Shown: positions 35,620 to 45,690, counted from the stretch's first letter. The stretch: 63,693 bases of DNA from Candidatus Omnitrophota bacterium (GCA_016206585.1 JACQRE010000158.1:1-63693); one strand, 5' to 3'. Made by a program: numbers and translations. Notes: generated by a model not told the origin, from the letters alone.

Positions 35620-37208
35620 AAGACCGGATGGTCCCGTCTCGCTTGGTGCTGTTGGCCGGCGGTGCCGTACTCGCCATGGCCCTCGTCCTGCGCCTGCCGC
35701 AGCTGACCGCCATCTATCAATGGGACGAAGTGGACTACGTCCGGGCCGCGGCGCTGGGCGTGCGCGCGAATTACCTGAGCGAGCACACGATGCCCCCGGC
35801 GGTCTTCGTGCACCGCGGGCTCGTCAAGTGGCTCCATCTGGGGGACGAGATGATCCGGCTGCCCGACGGCTACGACCCCTCGCGGGATCCCGTGGCCCTC
35901 GCGCACAGCCATCCGCCGCTGTCCCTCTATCCCGTGACGGCGGCCCTTCGTCTCTTCGGTGAGCATGAATGGAGCGCGCGGCTGCCTGCACTCCTCGCCA
36001 GCCTCTTGACGCTCGTCGCCCTGGGGTTCACCGCCCGCGCGGCGTTCGGTCCATCCGGAGAGGCGACGGCCGTGTGGGCGGCCGGAGCCCTGGCGCTGAT
36101 GCCGGCCCACGTGCAGTCTAGCCACGTGGTGTCCATGCACCCGCTCTCTACGCTGCTGCTGGTGACGGCCTTGGGGTGCTGGTTCCGGTTTCGAGCGGCC
36201 CGTCGGTGGGGATGGTTCTACGGGATGGCCGCCCTGCTGGCCCTGAGCCTGTTGGCGCTTGAAACGGTCCCAGCACTCTTGGGATTTGCAGGGCTCGTGG
36301 CCTGCGATCGGGACGTCGTGCGGGTGGAACGGCGGCAGTTCCACGGATCGTGCCATCTGGTCGGGGCCTTGGCGGTCTTTCTCGTCGTGCTCGCTGCCGG
36401 CTGGCCCGGCGGGTTCCTGCGAGGCGGCTGGGTTCAACTGATCTTGCACCGGAGCTACTTGGTCGCGACCATGCTGCGCCAGGGTCCTTCGTGGCTCAGC
36501 GTCTGGGCCTCCACCGATCCCGCATGGGCCTTCCTCTCTATCGCCGGCTGTGCGGCCTGCGCCTGGTGGGCCATCCGGGAGTGCTGCTGGAGCGTGTGGG
36601 GTCCGTTGGGATGGCTGGCGGTAGTGACCGTGGCCGGATTATCGGCCAACCCGTTTCGCAATCCCGCACACGGGATCTGGCTGATGGCGCTGCTGTCGCT
36701 GCCGCTGGGCTACACCGTCACCCGGCTCTTCCGCGCACCGCCGCCAGCGCGCGTCCTGGCCGTCGGCCTGGTCGCGCTCATGGCCGCGTCGCAGACCGCC
36801 CACACGGCACGGGCGCTGCGCGCCGACGACGGCAAACGGCTCTTGCGCTACGTGGCTGAGGCAATCCCGCCCAACGCGACGATCCTCGCCGACGGGGCGC
36901 ACATCTACCGCCACTATTTCCCGGAGCGGCGGTTCGTGGACCTGACGTTTTTTGAGGGATCCCGCGGCCTGCGGCAGGCCGGGCGGTTTACCCCCGAGAC
37001 GTCCAGCCGGCTGCGCGAGACGCTGGATGTCCGCGACGGCATCCGCGAGGGGCGCTACGACTACGTGATCCTGCAGCCCGGACGCGAGGCGCTGGATCCC
37101 GATCTGGCCCGGCTCCTGCAGGAGCGCTACCGCCTGGTGCCGGAGACCTCGTCCCCCGAGTTGATGTACCACCTCGTGGGTGGCGCGGAGCCGCAGCGGC
37201 ATGGGTGA
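35616..37208 (+). CDS. polytopic GT-C-type (GT39/83-like) glycosyltransferase
   Basis: The first loop has YQWDEVDY. About 11 transmembrane spans are followed by a soluble C-terminal domain. Confidence 0.65.
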   Translation: MKDRMVPSRLVLLAGGAVLAMALVLRLPQLTAIYQWDEVDYVRAAALGVRANYLSEHTMPPAVFVHRGLVKWLHLGDEMIRLPDGYDPSRDPVALAHSHPPLSLYPVTAALRLFGEHEWSARLPALLASLLTLVALGFTARAAFGPSGEATAVWAAGALALMPAHVQSSHVVSMHPLSTLLLVTALGCWFRFRAARRWGWFYGMAALLALSLLALETVPALLGFAGLVACDRDVVRVERRQFHGSCHLVGALAVFLVVLAAGWPGGFLRGGWVQLILHRSYLVATMLRQGPSWLSVWASTDPAWAFLSIAGCAACAWWAIRECCWSVWGPLGWLAVVTVAGLSANPFRNPAHGIWLMALLSLPLGYTVTRLFRAPPPARVLAVGLVALMAASQTAHTARALRADDGKRLLRYVAEAIPPNATILADGAHIYRHYFPERRFVDLTFFEGSRGLRQAGRFTPETSSRLRETLDVRDGIREGRYDYVILQPGREALDPDLARLLQERYRLVPETSSPELMYHLVGGAEPQRHG

Positions 37209-37968
37209 CGGGATGGCACTGCGCGGACGCGCCGCACGGCCCGCCGCCGGTGCTGCGGGCGAGTTCTATGAGGGCACGCAGGGCGGCAGGGATCTGGAAG
37301 TGCTCGCGGATGCCCGCAACTATTACCGGTGGATCCTCCGGCAGTTCGCGCCGTTTCTGGGACGCCGGGTCGTGGAGATCGGCGCGGGCCTCGGCAACTT
37401 TTCCCGGGTGATCCTCTCGGATGCGGGCGTTTCGGAGGCGGTCCTGGTGGAGCCCGCCGCCAACCTGTTTCCGCGCCTGCGGGAGCGGTTCGCCGGCGAT
37501 CCCCGCGTCCAGACGCGGCACGGCCTGTTTGAGGACGTCATTCCCGAATCGATGGGAGCGGATTCGGTCGTGCTCGTCAATGTCCTGGAGCACGTCGAAG
37601 ATGATCTTGGGCTGCTGCGCCACATCCGCCAGCGGCTCATCCCGGGCGGCCACGTGCTGCTGTTCGTCCCGGCGCTGCCGGCGCTGTTTGGCTCGATCGA
37701 TGAGGTCGCCGGCCATTACCGCCGGTATCTCAAGCCCTCGCTCGCCGCGCAGCTCGCTGAAGCCGGATTCACGGTGGAGCGCCTCCGGTACGTCAACCTG
37801 CCGGGCACCATCGCGTGGTTCCTGATCGGCCGCGTGCTCAAATGGCGGGTGTTTCAGCCTGGCTCCGTGCAGCTCTACGACCGGCTGGTCATCCCGCTGA
37901 TCGCCGCGCTCGAGCGGTGGTGGGAGCCGCCGGTGGGGCAGAGCCTGATTGCCATCGCAAGGAAGTAA
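37201..37968 (+). CDS. class I SAM methyltransferase
   Basis: VVEIGAGLGNFS, VLVNVLEHVEDD, LIPGGHVLLFVP. Confidence 0.85.
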   Translation: MGDGMALRGRAARPAAGAAGEFYEGTQGGRDLEVLADARNYYRWILRQFAPFLGRRVVEIGAGLGNFSRVILSDAGVSEAVLVEPAANLFPRLRERFAGDPRVQTRHGLFEDVIPESMGADSVVLVNVLEHVEDDLGLLRHIRQRLIPGGHVLLFVPALPALFGSIDEVAGHYRRYLKPSLAAQLAEAGFTVERLRYVNLPGTIAWFLIGRVLKWRVFQPGSVQLYDRLVIPLIAALERWWEPPVGQSLIAIARK

Positions 37969-37990
37969 TACACTCAGCGACAAGCGAACA

Positions 37991-39322
37991 ATGAACATCG
38001 AAGAGCGAACAATCGACACGCTCGCTCGCGACGCGGCGGATGTTCCTCGGCGCGAGGAGGCGGCAGAGCCGGGCGCATCGCTGCGCGGGGTGCGCGCGCT
38101 CTACCTCTCCTACGACGGGCTGCTGGAACCGCTGGGACAGTCGCAGATCCTGCCGTACGTGCGCGGGCTCGCCCGGTGCGGTGCGGTGATCCGCCTGCTG
38201 ACGTTTGAGAAGCCCGAGGCGTGGCGGTCGGGCCGGGACGCGATGGCCGCATTGCGCCGCGGCCTCGAGGCCGAAGGGATCGGGTGGACCGCGCTGCGCT
38301 ACCATCGATCGCCGACGGTGCCGGCGACCGCCTACGATCTGCTCCGGGGCGTGCTCGTCGGGGTGTGGGTGGCCCTCCGGTGTTCCGTACACCTCGTGCA
38401 TGCGCGCAGCGAGGTGGCCGGCATCATGGCGTGGGTGGTGAGCCGGCTGACCGGAGCGCGCTTCCTCTTTGACATGCGCGGCTTCTGGGCGGATGAGCGC
38501 GTTGAGGCGGGCCTGTGGCCGGCCGAGGGGTGGCTCTACCGCGCCGCGAAGCGATGGGAAGGGCGCCTGCTGCGGGATGCGCAGGCGGTCGTGACGCTCA
38601 CCGAGGCCGCACGGTGCGAGGTGGAGCGGGACGCGGCCGCCCGGCCCCGCCGAGCCAAGGTCGCTGTCATCCCCACCTGCACCGACCTGGACCGGTTTCA
38701 GCCGGCACCCAAGTCCACGCGTCTGCTGCAGGCGCTGCGGCTTGAGGAGCAGTGGCTCCTGCTCTATAGTGGTGCCTTGGGCACGTGGTATCTCCTCGAG
38801 GAGATGGCCCGGTTCTTCCAGGCGATCCGCCGGCGGCAGCCCAATGCCCATTTTCTCGCGCTGACGTCCCAGGATTCCCGCGTCGTGCAGACCGCCTGGG
38901 CGCGCTGTGGCATGGACGAGACGACGATCACCGTCCGCACCGTCCCGTTTGCTAAGATGCCGGAGTGGCTCTCGCTCGCGGATGCCTCGGTCCTCTTCCG
39001 TCGGCCGGGCGCCTCCCTGGCCGGGGTGTGTCCCACGAAGATCGGAGAGTCTCTGGCCTGCGGGGTGCCTGTCGTGATCAATGCGGGCATCGGCGACTGT
39101 GATGTGATGGTCCGAGCGCGTCGCGTCGGGGTGGTGATGCCGCAGCTGCTCGGCGAGGCGTATGACGCGGCGGCCGTCGACGTCATCGCGTTATCGCGTG
39201 AGCCGGACGTGCGCGCGCGCTGCCGCGCAGCCGCAGAAGCGCTCTTCGGATTGGAGCGCGGCGTGGCCGGGTATGCGGCGGTCTACCGCCGTCTAGAAGC
39301 TGGAAGGGGAACAGACGCATGA
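37991..39322 (+). CDS. GT4-family glycosyltransferase
   Basis: LYLSYDGLLEPLGQSQILPYV, RGFWADERVE, GVCPTKIGESLACGVPVVIN. Confidence 0.8.
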   Translation: MNIEERTIDTLARDAADVPRREEAAEPGASLRGVRALYLSYDGLLEPLGQSQILPYVRGLARCGAVIRLLTFEKPEAWRSGRDAMAALRRGLEAEGIGWTALRYHRSPTVPATAYDLLRGVLVGVWVALRCSVHLVHARSEVAGIMAWVVSRLTGARFLFDMRGFWADERVEAGLWPAEGWLYRAAKRWEGRLLRDAQAVVTLTEAARCEVERDAAARPRRAKVAVIPTCTDLDRFQPAPKSTRLLQALRLEEQWLLLYSGALGTWYLLEEMARFFQAIRRRQPNAHFLALTSQDSRVVQTAWARCGMDETTITVRTVPFAKMPEWLSLADASVLFRRPGASLAGVCPTKIGESLACGVPVVINAGIGDCDVMVRARRVGVVMPQLLGEAYDAAAVDVIALSREPDVRARCRAAAEALFGLERGVAGYAAVYRRLEAGRGTDA

Positions 39323-41163
39323 TCACGGCCGTGGGGGCGTGGCTTGACCAGCCGATCCGGGTGCGCGAATTGGCGGTGATGGTGGGCGTCTGGACCGCCC
39401 TGCTGCTGATCAGCTACTCCCAGGCTCCCCATGCAGCCGCGGTGCCGTGGCTGGTCTTTGCGGCCGGGTTCGGCCTCATGCTCCTGCTCGGGCGATGGCT
39501 GAAGATCGCTCCGGCGCTTGGCCGCGTCCTGCTGGCGGTCTATGCCGTGAAAGCGACCGCGGCTGTCGTGTTCTTCGGCGTGTCATGGCACCGCCTCTCG
39601 TTTCTCTCATCCTACCAGGTGGGCCAGGGGTTCTGGAGTTTTGCGGCGGACGCCATCACCTACCACCATTACGGGCTCTCCATGCTGGAGTCCTGGCGGA
39701 CCGGTACCCCGTTCAACATTCCGATGACCAGCGTGCCGTTTCAAGTGTATTGCGGGCTGGTGTACCGGGTGATCGGGCCGCATCCGCTCGGCCTGATCCT
39801 GCTCAACAGCTGGTACGACGTCGGGACGGCGTGGATCGCCGCGGGAGTGGCGATGCGAATCGGCTCGTCCCCGCGCATCGGCCTCCTGGCCGCCGGGCTG
39901 GCGGGCTGCTGGCCGAGCACCCTCCTGTGGAGCTCGACGCTGACCAAGGACCCGCTCTTCCTGTTCCTGGAAGCGAGCGCCATCGGCCTGGTGCTCCGGC
40001 TCGCGCAGCAGATTGGGGCCGGCCGGCTCTCACGCGCCTGGTCCGCACAGCGGCCCTTCATGGGGGCGGTGGCGGGACTGTGCCTCAGCCTCTTCCTGGC
40101 CACGCAGCTGCGAGGGTATGCCGGCCAGCTCCTCACCATCGCCGGCTGGATCGTGATGGCCGGGCTGATGGGCGCTGGGCTGCTGCGCAAGGACTGGTTG
40201 CGCGTGGGGCATTCAATGGTCGCGGTGCTGTTCACCGTGCTCACCTTCTTTGCGGCTGGGTGGGTCAACCCGCTCGCACTGGTCAGCCCAAGAACTCCCG
40301 TCCAGCGTTCAGCGTTGGAGTCCAACGCTGCTGCCGATGCCGCATTGCGGGTCGCGCTGACGTCCCACGCGTTCACGCGCCATTCGCACGATCTGAGGGC
40401 CGCCACACACTCGCTCGAGGAATCCGTCCCCATGCCGAAGGGCATGCTGCAGGAGCTGGAACGGCAAGGCGTCTTAACGGATGGCGCACCGACCACCGGT
40501 CATCCGCGAACCGATCACATCATCAATGCCTCTTGCAGCAGTCTGATCAAGCAGCCCTTGCCGAACGTCGTGTATGGGCTGGTGAACGGGAACTGCCAGG
40601 TGGTGGAGGCGTACATCGCTTCAGTGATCCAGCCCTCACCGGAAGAGTTCTTCAAGCTGCCGACCAATCCGGCATCGTTTTCCTGGACCAACGTCAAGAC
40701 GCGGCGGACCGGGTTCTTGACCTCCGGCGGCACCATCGTCGGAGTGCACCTGAGCCTCGAGACCCTCCATGATGTGTTCTGGCACCTGCCCGAGATCATG
40801 GCGATCCCGGTGTTCTACCCCTTTCCCCGCGACTGGCCCGCGTTCCTGCACGGCGGGGCGAATGCGAAGTGGTATCTGCTCGAAGCGATGCTGCTCTGCG
40901 TGCTGTCTCCGCTGTGTGTGATCGGCATGGCCTGGTGCGTGTGGCGTCGGCGCTGGAATGGCTGCTTTGTGTGCGGAATCCTGCTGATGTTCCTGCTCCC
41001 GCTGGGCATCGTGGTGGCCAACTACGGGACGCTGTTCCGCCTCCGGCTGCAATGTCTCCTGCCCTTCTCCATCCTCACCGCCGTCGGGTTCGGCGCGCTG
41101 GCCTCGGTGCGCTGGCGGCTGCCCGCGCTCTTGCGGCTGGCGCCAAGCCGCTGGCGGGCCTAG
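39319..41163 (+). CDS. polytopic membrane protein with a ~190-aa extracytoplasmic loop (polymerase/GT-C candidate)
   Basis: 614 aa with many transmembrane spans. The loop region (about 40290-40800) is less GC-rich. Confidence 0.55.
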   Translation: MITAVGAWLDQPIRVRELAVMVGVWTALLLISYSQAPHAAAVPWLVFAAGFGLMLLLGRWLKIAPALGRVLLAVYAVKATAAVVFFGVSWHRLSFLSSYQVGQGFWSFAADAITYHHYGLSMLESWRTGTPFNIPMTSVPFQVYCGLVYRVIGPHPLGLILLNSWYDVGTAWIAAGVAMRIGSSPRIGLLAAGLAGCWPSTLLWSSTLTKDPLFLFLEASAIGLVLRLAQQIGAGRLSRAWSAQRPFMGAVAGLCLSLFLATQLRGYAGQLLTIAGWIVMAGLMGAGLLRKDWLRVGHSMVAVLFTVLTFFAAGWVNPLALVSPRTPVQRSALESNAAADAALRVALTSHAFTRHSHDLRAATHSLEESVPMPKGMLQELERQGVLTDGAPTTGHPRTDHIINASCSSLIKQPLPNVVYGLVNGNCQVVEAYIASVIQPSPEEFFKLPTNPASFSWTNVKTRRTGFLTSGGTIVGVHLSLETLHDVFWHLPEIMAIPVFYPFPRDWPAFLHGGANAKWYLLEAMLLCVLSPLCVIGMAWCVWRRRWNGCFVCGILLMFLLPLGIVVANYGTLFRLRLQCLLPFSILTAVGFGALASVRWRLPALLRLAPSRWRA

Positions 41164-41183
41164 AACGCCGTCTCGTAGCATCC

Positions 41184-42308
41184 ATGCGCATCCTCGCCGT
41201 TGCCACCAATCCCGAGACCGGTGCCAGTACCCGCTTCCGCGTCCTCCAATGGGCGCCGGTGCTGGAGCGCGAGGGGTTTTCGCTGGCGGTCGAGCCCTTC
41301 TACTCCCCCCGGGCCTCGGCGGTGCTGTATCGGCGCGGCCGGCCGCTGGGCAAGCTCTCGCATTTCATCCGCGGTGCCATCCGGCGCCGCGCGGTGCTCG
41401 CCCGCGCGTCCACCGAGGCCGAGATCCTCCTCATCCACCGGGAGGCGTTTCCGCTGGGTCTGCGCTGGTCGCTCGGCGCGGTCAAGCGGTTCGGCGGGCC
41501 CCTCCTCTATGATTACGACGACGCGATGTTCGTGCCGCAGCGGCAAGGGCGGGGAGTGCTCGCGCGGCTGGAGCACCTCGACACCCCGAAGGAGCTCATG
41601 GCGCTGAGCGACGTCGTGCTGGCCGGCAACGAGTTCCTCGCCGCGTACGCGCGCCGGTACGCGCGCCGCGTCGTCCTGCTGCCCACCTGCATCGACACGG
41701 CGCGGTTCAGGCCCGGACCCGCATCCGAGCCAGACGGCCGGCCCCTCACCATCGGCTGGATCGGCAGCCACTCGACGACCAAATACCTGGAGAGCGTCAA
41801 GCCGGTGCTGGAGCGGCTCGGTGCCGGCCTCCCGTTTCGCGTCTCCATCGTGGGCAGCGCAGTACCGCTGAGGCTGCGCGGCGTCGAGGTCAGCCAGACC
41901 GCCTGGGCGCTCGAGCGCGAGGCGGAGGATTTTGCGCGCTGCGACATCGGCGTCTATCCGTTGTGGGACGACCCGTGGAGCCAGGGCAAGTGCGGGTTCA
42001 AGGCGATCCAGTTCATGGCCTGCGGCGTGCCCGTCGTCGCCTCCGCGGTCGGAGCGAACCGCGAGATTATCCAGGACGGCGTCAACGGGTTCCTCGCCGC
42101 CACACGCCAGGAGTGGCTCGAGAAGCTGGGCCGGCTGCTCACCGATGCCGCCCTGCGCGCGCGGCTGGGCGAGGCGGGGCGGCGGACCATCGAGGAGCGC
42201 TATTCTCTGGCGGCACAGGCGCCACGGCTCGTTGGAGCGCTGCGCGAGGCGCTCACGAACCACAGAAGCACAGAGACAGTGCCACAGAAGCACAGAGAAG
42301 AGCAATGA
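41184..42308 (+). CDS. GT4-family glycosyltransferase
   Basis: IGWIGSHSTTKYL, KCGFKAIQFMACGVPVVASAVGANREII. The C-terminal tail (NHRSTETVPQKHREEQ) is a translation of repeat C1. Confidence 0.85.
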   Translation: MRILAVATNPETGASTRFRVLQWAPVLEREGFSLAVEPFYSPRASAVLYRRGRPLGKLSHFIRGAIRRRAVLARASTEAEILLIHREAFPLGLRWSLGAVKRFGGPLLYDYDDAMFVPQRQGRGVLARLEHLDTPKELMALSDVVLAGNEFLAAYARRYARRVVLLPTCIDTARFRPGPASEPDGRPLTIGWIGSHSTTKYLESVKPVLERLGAGLPFRVSIVGSAVPLRLRGVEVSQTAWALEREAEDFARCDIGVYPLWDDPWSQGKCGFKAIQFMACGVPVVASAVGANREIIQDGVNGFLAATRQEWLEKLGRLLTDAALRARLGEAGRRTIEERYSLAAQAPRLVGALREALTNHRSTETVPQKHREEQ

Positions 42309-42384
42309 CCAATTACCAAGGCTCCTTTTGGTGTTTGGTAATTGGCTTTCTCTGTGTTTCTGTGGGATTCTGTGGTTCTGTGGT
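42259..42384. repeat. mosaic hairpin C1 (CACAGAA outer arms, CCAAT/TTGGT inner arms)
   Basis: ACCACAGAAGCACAGAGACAGTGCCACAGAAGCACAGAG...CCAATTACCAA / TTGGTGTTTGGTAATTGG...CTCTGTGTTTCTGTGGGATTCTGTGGTTCTGTGGT. Confidence 0.8.
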
Positions 42385-42401
42385 GTCGGGAGCCGTGTGA
42401 C

Positions 42402-44321
42402 ATGTGCGGCATCGCAGGGATCGTCCGGTTCGACGGCCGCCCCGTCGAAGAAGAGCTCCTTGAGCGGATGACGCAGATGCTGGCCCACCGGGGCCCGGAT
42501 GGGCAGGGCGTCCAGGCGTTCCGGGCCGGGGCGTTCCAGGCGGGGTTCGGGCATGCGCGGCTGAAGATCATCGATCTCTCCGACGCCGCCGCGCAGCCGA
42601 TGGTGAACGAGGACGGCACGATCGCGGTCGTCTTCAACGGCGAGATCTACAACTACCGCGAACTGCGCCAGGAGCTCCTCCGGCCCGGGATCGCGTGCCG
42701 CACGAGCTCCGACACCGAAGTGATCCTGCGGCTCTACGAGGCCGAGGGGTCCCGCGGGGTGCGGCGGCTCGAGGGGATGTTCGCTTTGGCGATCTGGGAT
42801 GCCCGCACCGGATGCGTCCTCCTCGCCAGGGACCGGGTGGGGAAGAAGCCGCTCTTCTACTACGCCACCCCCGCGCTGGCCGCGTTCGCCTCGGAGATCA
42901 AAGCGCTCGTGTGCCATCCCGACGTCCCGGCCGAGGTCGATGCGGAAGCCCTCCCCGCCTTCTTCCTCTACGGGTATGTGCCCAGCCCCAGGACGGTCTA
43001 CCGCGGGATCCGCAAGCTGGGGCCGGGCGAGCTGATGACCATCCAGGCTGACGGCCGCATCACGCGCGAATCGTACTGGAACCTGGAACTGCCACCGGAG
43101 GCCGACGCCCGTCGCGCGCCCTCGGACGCCGAGGCGATCGCGCGCGTGCGCGAGCTGATGACGGCGGCGGTGCGCCGCCGGATGATCGCCGACGTGCCGC
43201 TCGGGGCCTTCCTGAGCGGCGGGATCGACTCGACGATCGTCGTCGGGCTCATGAGCCAAGCCAGCCGTCGGCCGGTCCGGACCTTCAGCATCGGATTTTC
43301 AAGCGACCCGCGGTTCGACGAGACGCGCTACGCCCGGCTCGCCTCAACCCGGTTCAACACCGCGCACACCGAGTTCGTCGTGGAGCCCTCGGCGATCGAG
43401 CTGGTCGAGCGGCTGGTGTGGCACCACGACGGGCCCTTCGCCGACTCCTCGGCGATCCCGACGTACCTGCTCGCCCAACTGACCCGGCAGCACGTGACGG
43501 TCGCCCTCACCGGCGACGGCGGCGATGAGGTCTTCGCCGGCTACCTACGGTTCTACGCGGCCATCCTCTGCGAGCGCATCCCCTCGCCGGTGCGGCAGGC
43601 GGTCCATCGGCTGCTGGGGGCTACCCCGGAGCGCGCCGCCCACCGTAGCCTCTGGCGCCGGGTGCAGAAGTTCGCCGGGAGTGCGGCCCTGCCGTTTGCG
43701 GAGCGCTTCACCCGCTGGATCTCGGTCTTCTACGAGGACTTGCCCGAGCTGGTTCCCGGCGGGCTGGGCACCGGGGTCGTGCAGGAGGCGCTGCGCCCGG
43801 TCCATGCGGCGCTCGAGGAAGCGGGCGGAGCCTCCCCCCTGTCGCGGCTGCTCGCGCTGAACCTCAAGACCTACCTCCTCGATGACCTGCTGGTCAAGAT
43901 GGATCGCTGCACGATGGCGCACGGGCTGGAGGCGCGCTCGCCGTTTCTGGACCGTGAGCTGCTGGAATACGCCTTCTCGCTGCCGGATGCGATGAAGCTG
44001 CGGTGGGGCCGCACGAAGGTGATCCTCCGCCGCGCGTTCGCCGATCTGGTGCCGCCGGAGATCCTGCAGCGCGGCAAGATGGGGTTCGGCGTGCCGTTGC
44101 AGGCGTGGTTCGCGCGCGACCTGCGCGACTATCTTCAGGATGTGCTGCTGGGTCCCGAGGCGCGGCTGCGCGCGCATGTGGACCACGCGTACGTGCGGCG
44201 GCTCTGGGACGCCCACGTGCGTGGGGAGGCGGATCACTCCCACCGGCTCTGGACGCTCCTCACCTTTGAGGTGTGGCTGCGGCAGGGGCTGCGGCAGCCT
44301 GCGGGGATGGCGCTTCGATGA
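42402..44321 (+). CDS. asparagine synthase (glutamine-hydrolysing) family amidotransferase
   Basis: MCGIAGIV, HRGPDG, FLSGGIDST. Confidence 0.92.
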   Translation: MCGIAGIVRFDGRPVEEELLERMTQMLAHRGPDGQGVQAFRAGAFQAGFGHARLKIIDLSDAAAQPMVNEDGTIAVVFNGEIYNYRELRQELLRPGIACRTSSDTEVILRLYEAEGSRGVRRLEGMFALAIWDARTGCVLLARDRVGKKPLFYYATPALAAFASEIKALVCHPDVPAEVDAEALPAFFLYGYVPSPRTVYRGIRKLGPGELMTIQADGRITRESYWNLELPPEADARRAPSDAEAIARVRELMTAAVRRRMIADVPLGAFLSGGIDSTIVVGLMSQASRRPVRTFSIGFSSDPRFDETRYARLASTRFNTAHTEFVVEPSAIELVERLVWHHDGPFADSSAIPTYLLAQLTRQHVTVALTGDGGDEVFAGYLRFYAAILCERIPSPVRQAVHRLLGATPERAAHRSLWRRVQKFAGSAALPFAERFTRWISVFYEDLPELVPGGLGTGVVQEALRPVHAALEEAGGASPLSRLLALNLKTYLLDDLLVKMDRCTMAHGLEARSPFLDRELLEYAFSLPDAMKLRWGRTKVILRRAFADLVPPEILQRGKMGFGVPLQAWFARDLRDYLQDVLLGPEARLRAHVDHAYVRRLWDAHVRGEADHSHRLWTLLTFEVWLRQGLRQPAGMALR

Positions 44322-45595
44322 TGAAACGCGTGAAGGGGTGGATGGCCGTGCAGCTCCTCGTGACCGGCACAGGCGTGGGGCTGGGGCTCTGGCTCGTGCA
44401 CGTCGGGACCCTTCGAGGGGCCGGAGGCAGCGACCGGCTGCGCGGCACGCCGGAGAGCGAGACGATCCTGGGTCTTGGCGGCGACGACGAGATTGACGGA
44501 CTCGCCGGCCGGGATTTGCTCTACGGCCACGACGGCGATGACGTCCTGAGGGGCGGCGACGGCGATGATCTCCTGGTGGGCCTCCAGGGGAGCGACCGGC
44601 TCGAAGGGGGTGCTGGGGCCGATCTGCTGAATGGGGGCGGCGGGGATGATACGCTCGATGGCGGCGCGGGCGATGACGTCCTGAGCGGGCTGGACGGCCA
44701 CGACACGCTCATCGGCGGAGGCGGCAACGACCGGCTGGAGGCGGATGCCGGCAACGACCGCTTGGAGGGCGGGCCGGGCGATGACGCGCTCTTGGCGGGA
44801 CCTGGAGACGATGTGCTCATCGGGTCGGCAGGCGACGACACGCTGAGTGCCGGCGAGGGCGATGACCGCCTCGACGGAGGGGCCGGCGATGATCAGCTGT
44901 TCGGGGACGCCGGCAACGACCGTCTCGATGGCGCAGACGGGCACGATCTCCTTGAGGGCGGCGAGGGCGCGGATCAGCTGGCGGGGGGTCCGGGGAACGA
45001 CCGCTTGGACGGCGGTTCCGGCGATGATGAGTTGGACGGCGGCGCGGGCCACGATCTCCTGGACGGCGGCGCGGGCCGCGACCGGTTGATTGGCGGATCC
45101 GGCGATGACATCGTGCGGGGGCTGGGTGGCGACGATGTCCTCGAAGGGGGCGACGGCAACGACCAGCTGCTTGATGAGGTGGGTGGCAACGATACATTGG
45201 ACGGCGGGACGGGCGATGACCGGCTCTCCGGCTACCTGGGCGATGACCATCTGCTCGGCGGGGAAGGGGATGATCGCTTGGACGGCGACAAGGGCGACGA
45301 CCGCCTCGACGGCGGGGCGGGCGATGACCAGCTCCAGTTGGGCGATGGCGATGACCATGGTTCTGACGGAACGGGCTCGGATCAGGTCGAGGGCGGGCCG
45401 GGCAGCGATACGATTGAGCTCGTGCAGGATGGCACGGCTGACCGCGTGTCCGCAGGGTCCGGCGATGACGCGATGTGGGTTCATTTCGACAGCGGGCCCG
45501 ATGAGATTGTCTGTGGGGAGGGCACGGATACGGTGGATCTCCATGGCAACACGCAGGCGCGCGTGGCGGCGGATTGCGAGCAGGTGATCCCCTGA
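44318..45595 (+). CDS. RTX-type calcium-binding repeat protein with an N-terminal hydrophobic anchor or signal
   Basis: Roughly three dozen GGxGxDxLx nonapeptides. The N-terminus is MMKRVKGWMAVQLLVTGTGVGLGLWLV. Confidence 0.88.
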   Translation: MMKRVKGWMAVQLLVTGTGVGLGLWLVHVGTLRGAGGSDRLRGTPESETILGLGGDDEIDGLAGRDLLYGHDGDDVLRGGDGDDLLVGLQGSDRLEGGAGADLLNGGGGDDTLDGGAGDDVLSGLDGHDTLIGGGGNDRLEADAGNDRLEGGPGDDALLAGPGDDVLIGSAGDDTLSAGEGDDRLDGGAGDDQLFGDAGNDRLDGADGHDLLEGGEGADQLAGGPGNDRLDGGSGDDELDGGAGHDLLDGGAGRDRLIGGSGDDIVRGLGGDDVLEGGDGNDQLLDEVGGNDTLDGGTGDDRLSGYLGDDHLLGGEGDDRLDGDKGDDRLDGGAGDDQLQLGDGDDHGSDGTGSDQVEGGPGSDTIELVQDGTADRVSAGSGDDAMWVHFDSGPDEIVCGEGTDTVDLHGNTQARVAADCEQVIP

Positions 45596-45690
45596 CACCA
45601 CAGATGACACAGAAGCCACACAGAACCACAGAGGGAGGCGGCTTATTCACACGCTTCTGTGCTTCTGTGGATTTCTGTGATTTTGTGGTG
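45596..45690. repeat. CACAGAA-family hairpin, copy C2
   Basis: CACCACAGATGACACAGAAGCCACACAGAACCACAGAG ... CTTCTGTGCTTCTGTGGATTTCTGTGATTTTGTGGTG. It starts directly after the RTX stop codon. Confidence 0.75.

Noticed and set aside
40290-40800. A somewhat lower-GC stretch inside the 39319-41163 membrane-protein gene as a second intein or insertion.
   Set aside because: There are no intein blocks and no LAGLIDADG or HNH motifs. It reads as a continuous hydrophilic loop between transmembrane segments. The compositional shift is modest.
44440-45400. The 27-nt periodic DNA repeats as a non-coding tandem-repeat array.
   Set aside because: They are the coding repeats of the RTX nonapeptide protein. 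The frame is open throughout and gives GGxGxDxLx.
11981-45690. The hairpins as ordinary Rho-independent terminators.
   Set aside because: None is followed by a T/U tract. The stems are very long (30-66 nt arms) and imperfect. Several overlap coding 3' ends. A terminator or processing role remains possible but cannot be called from sequence.
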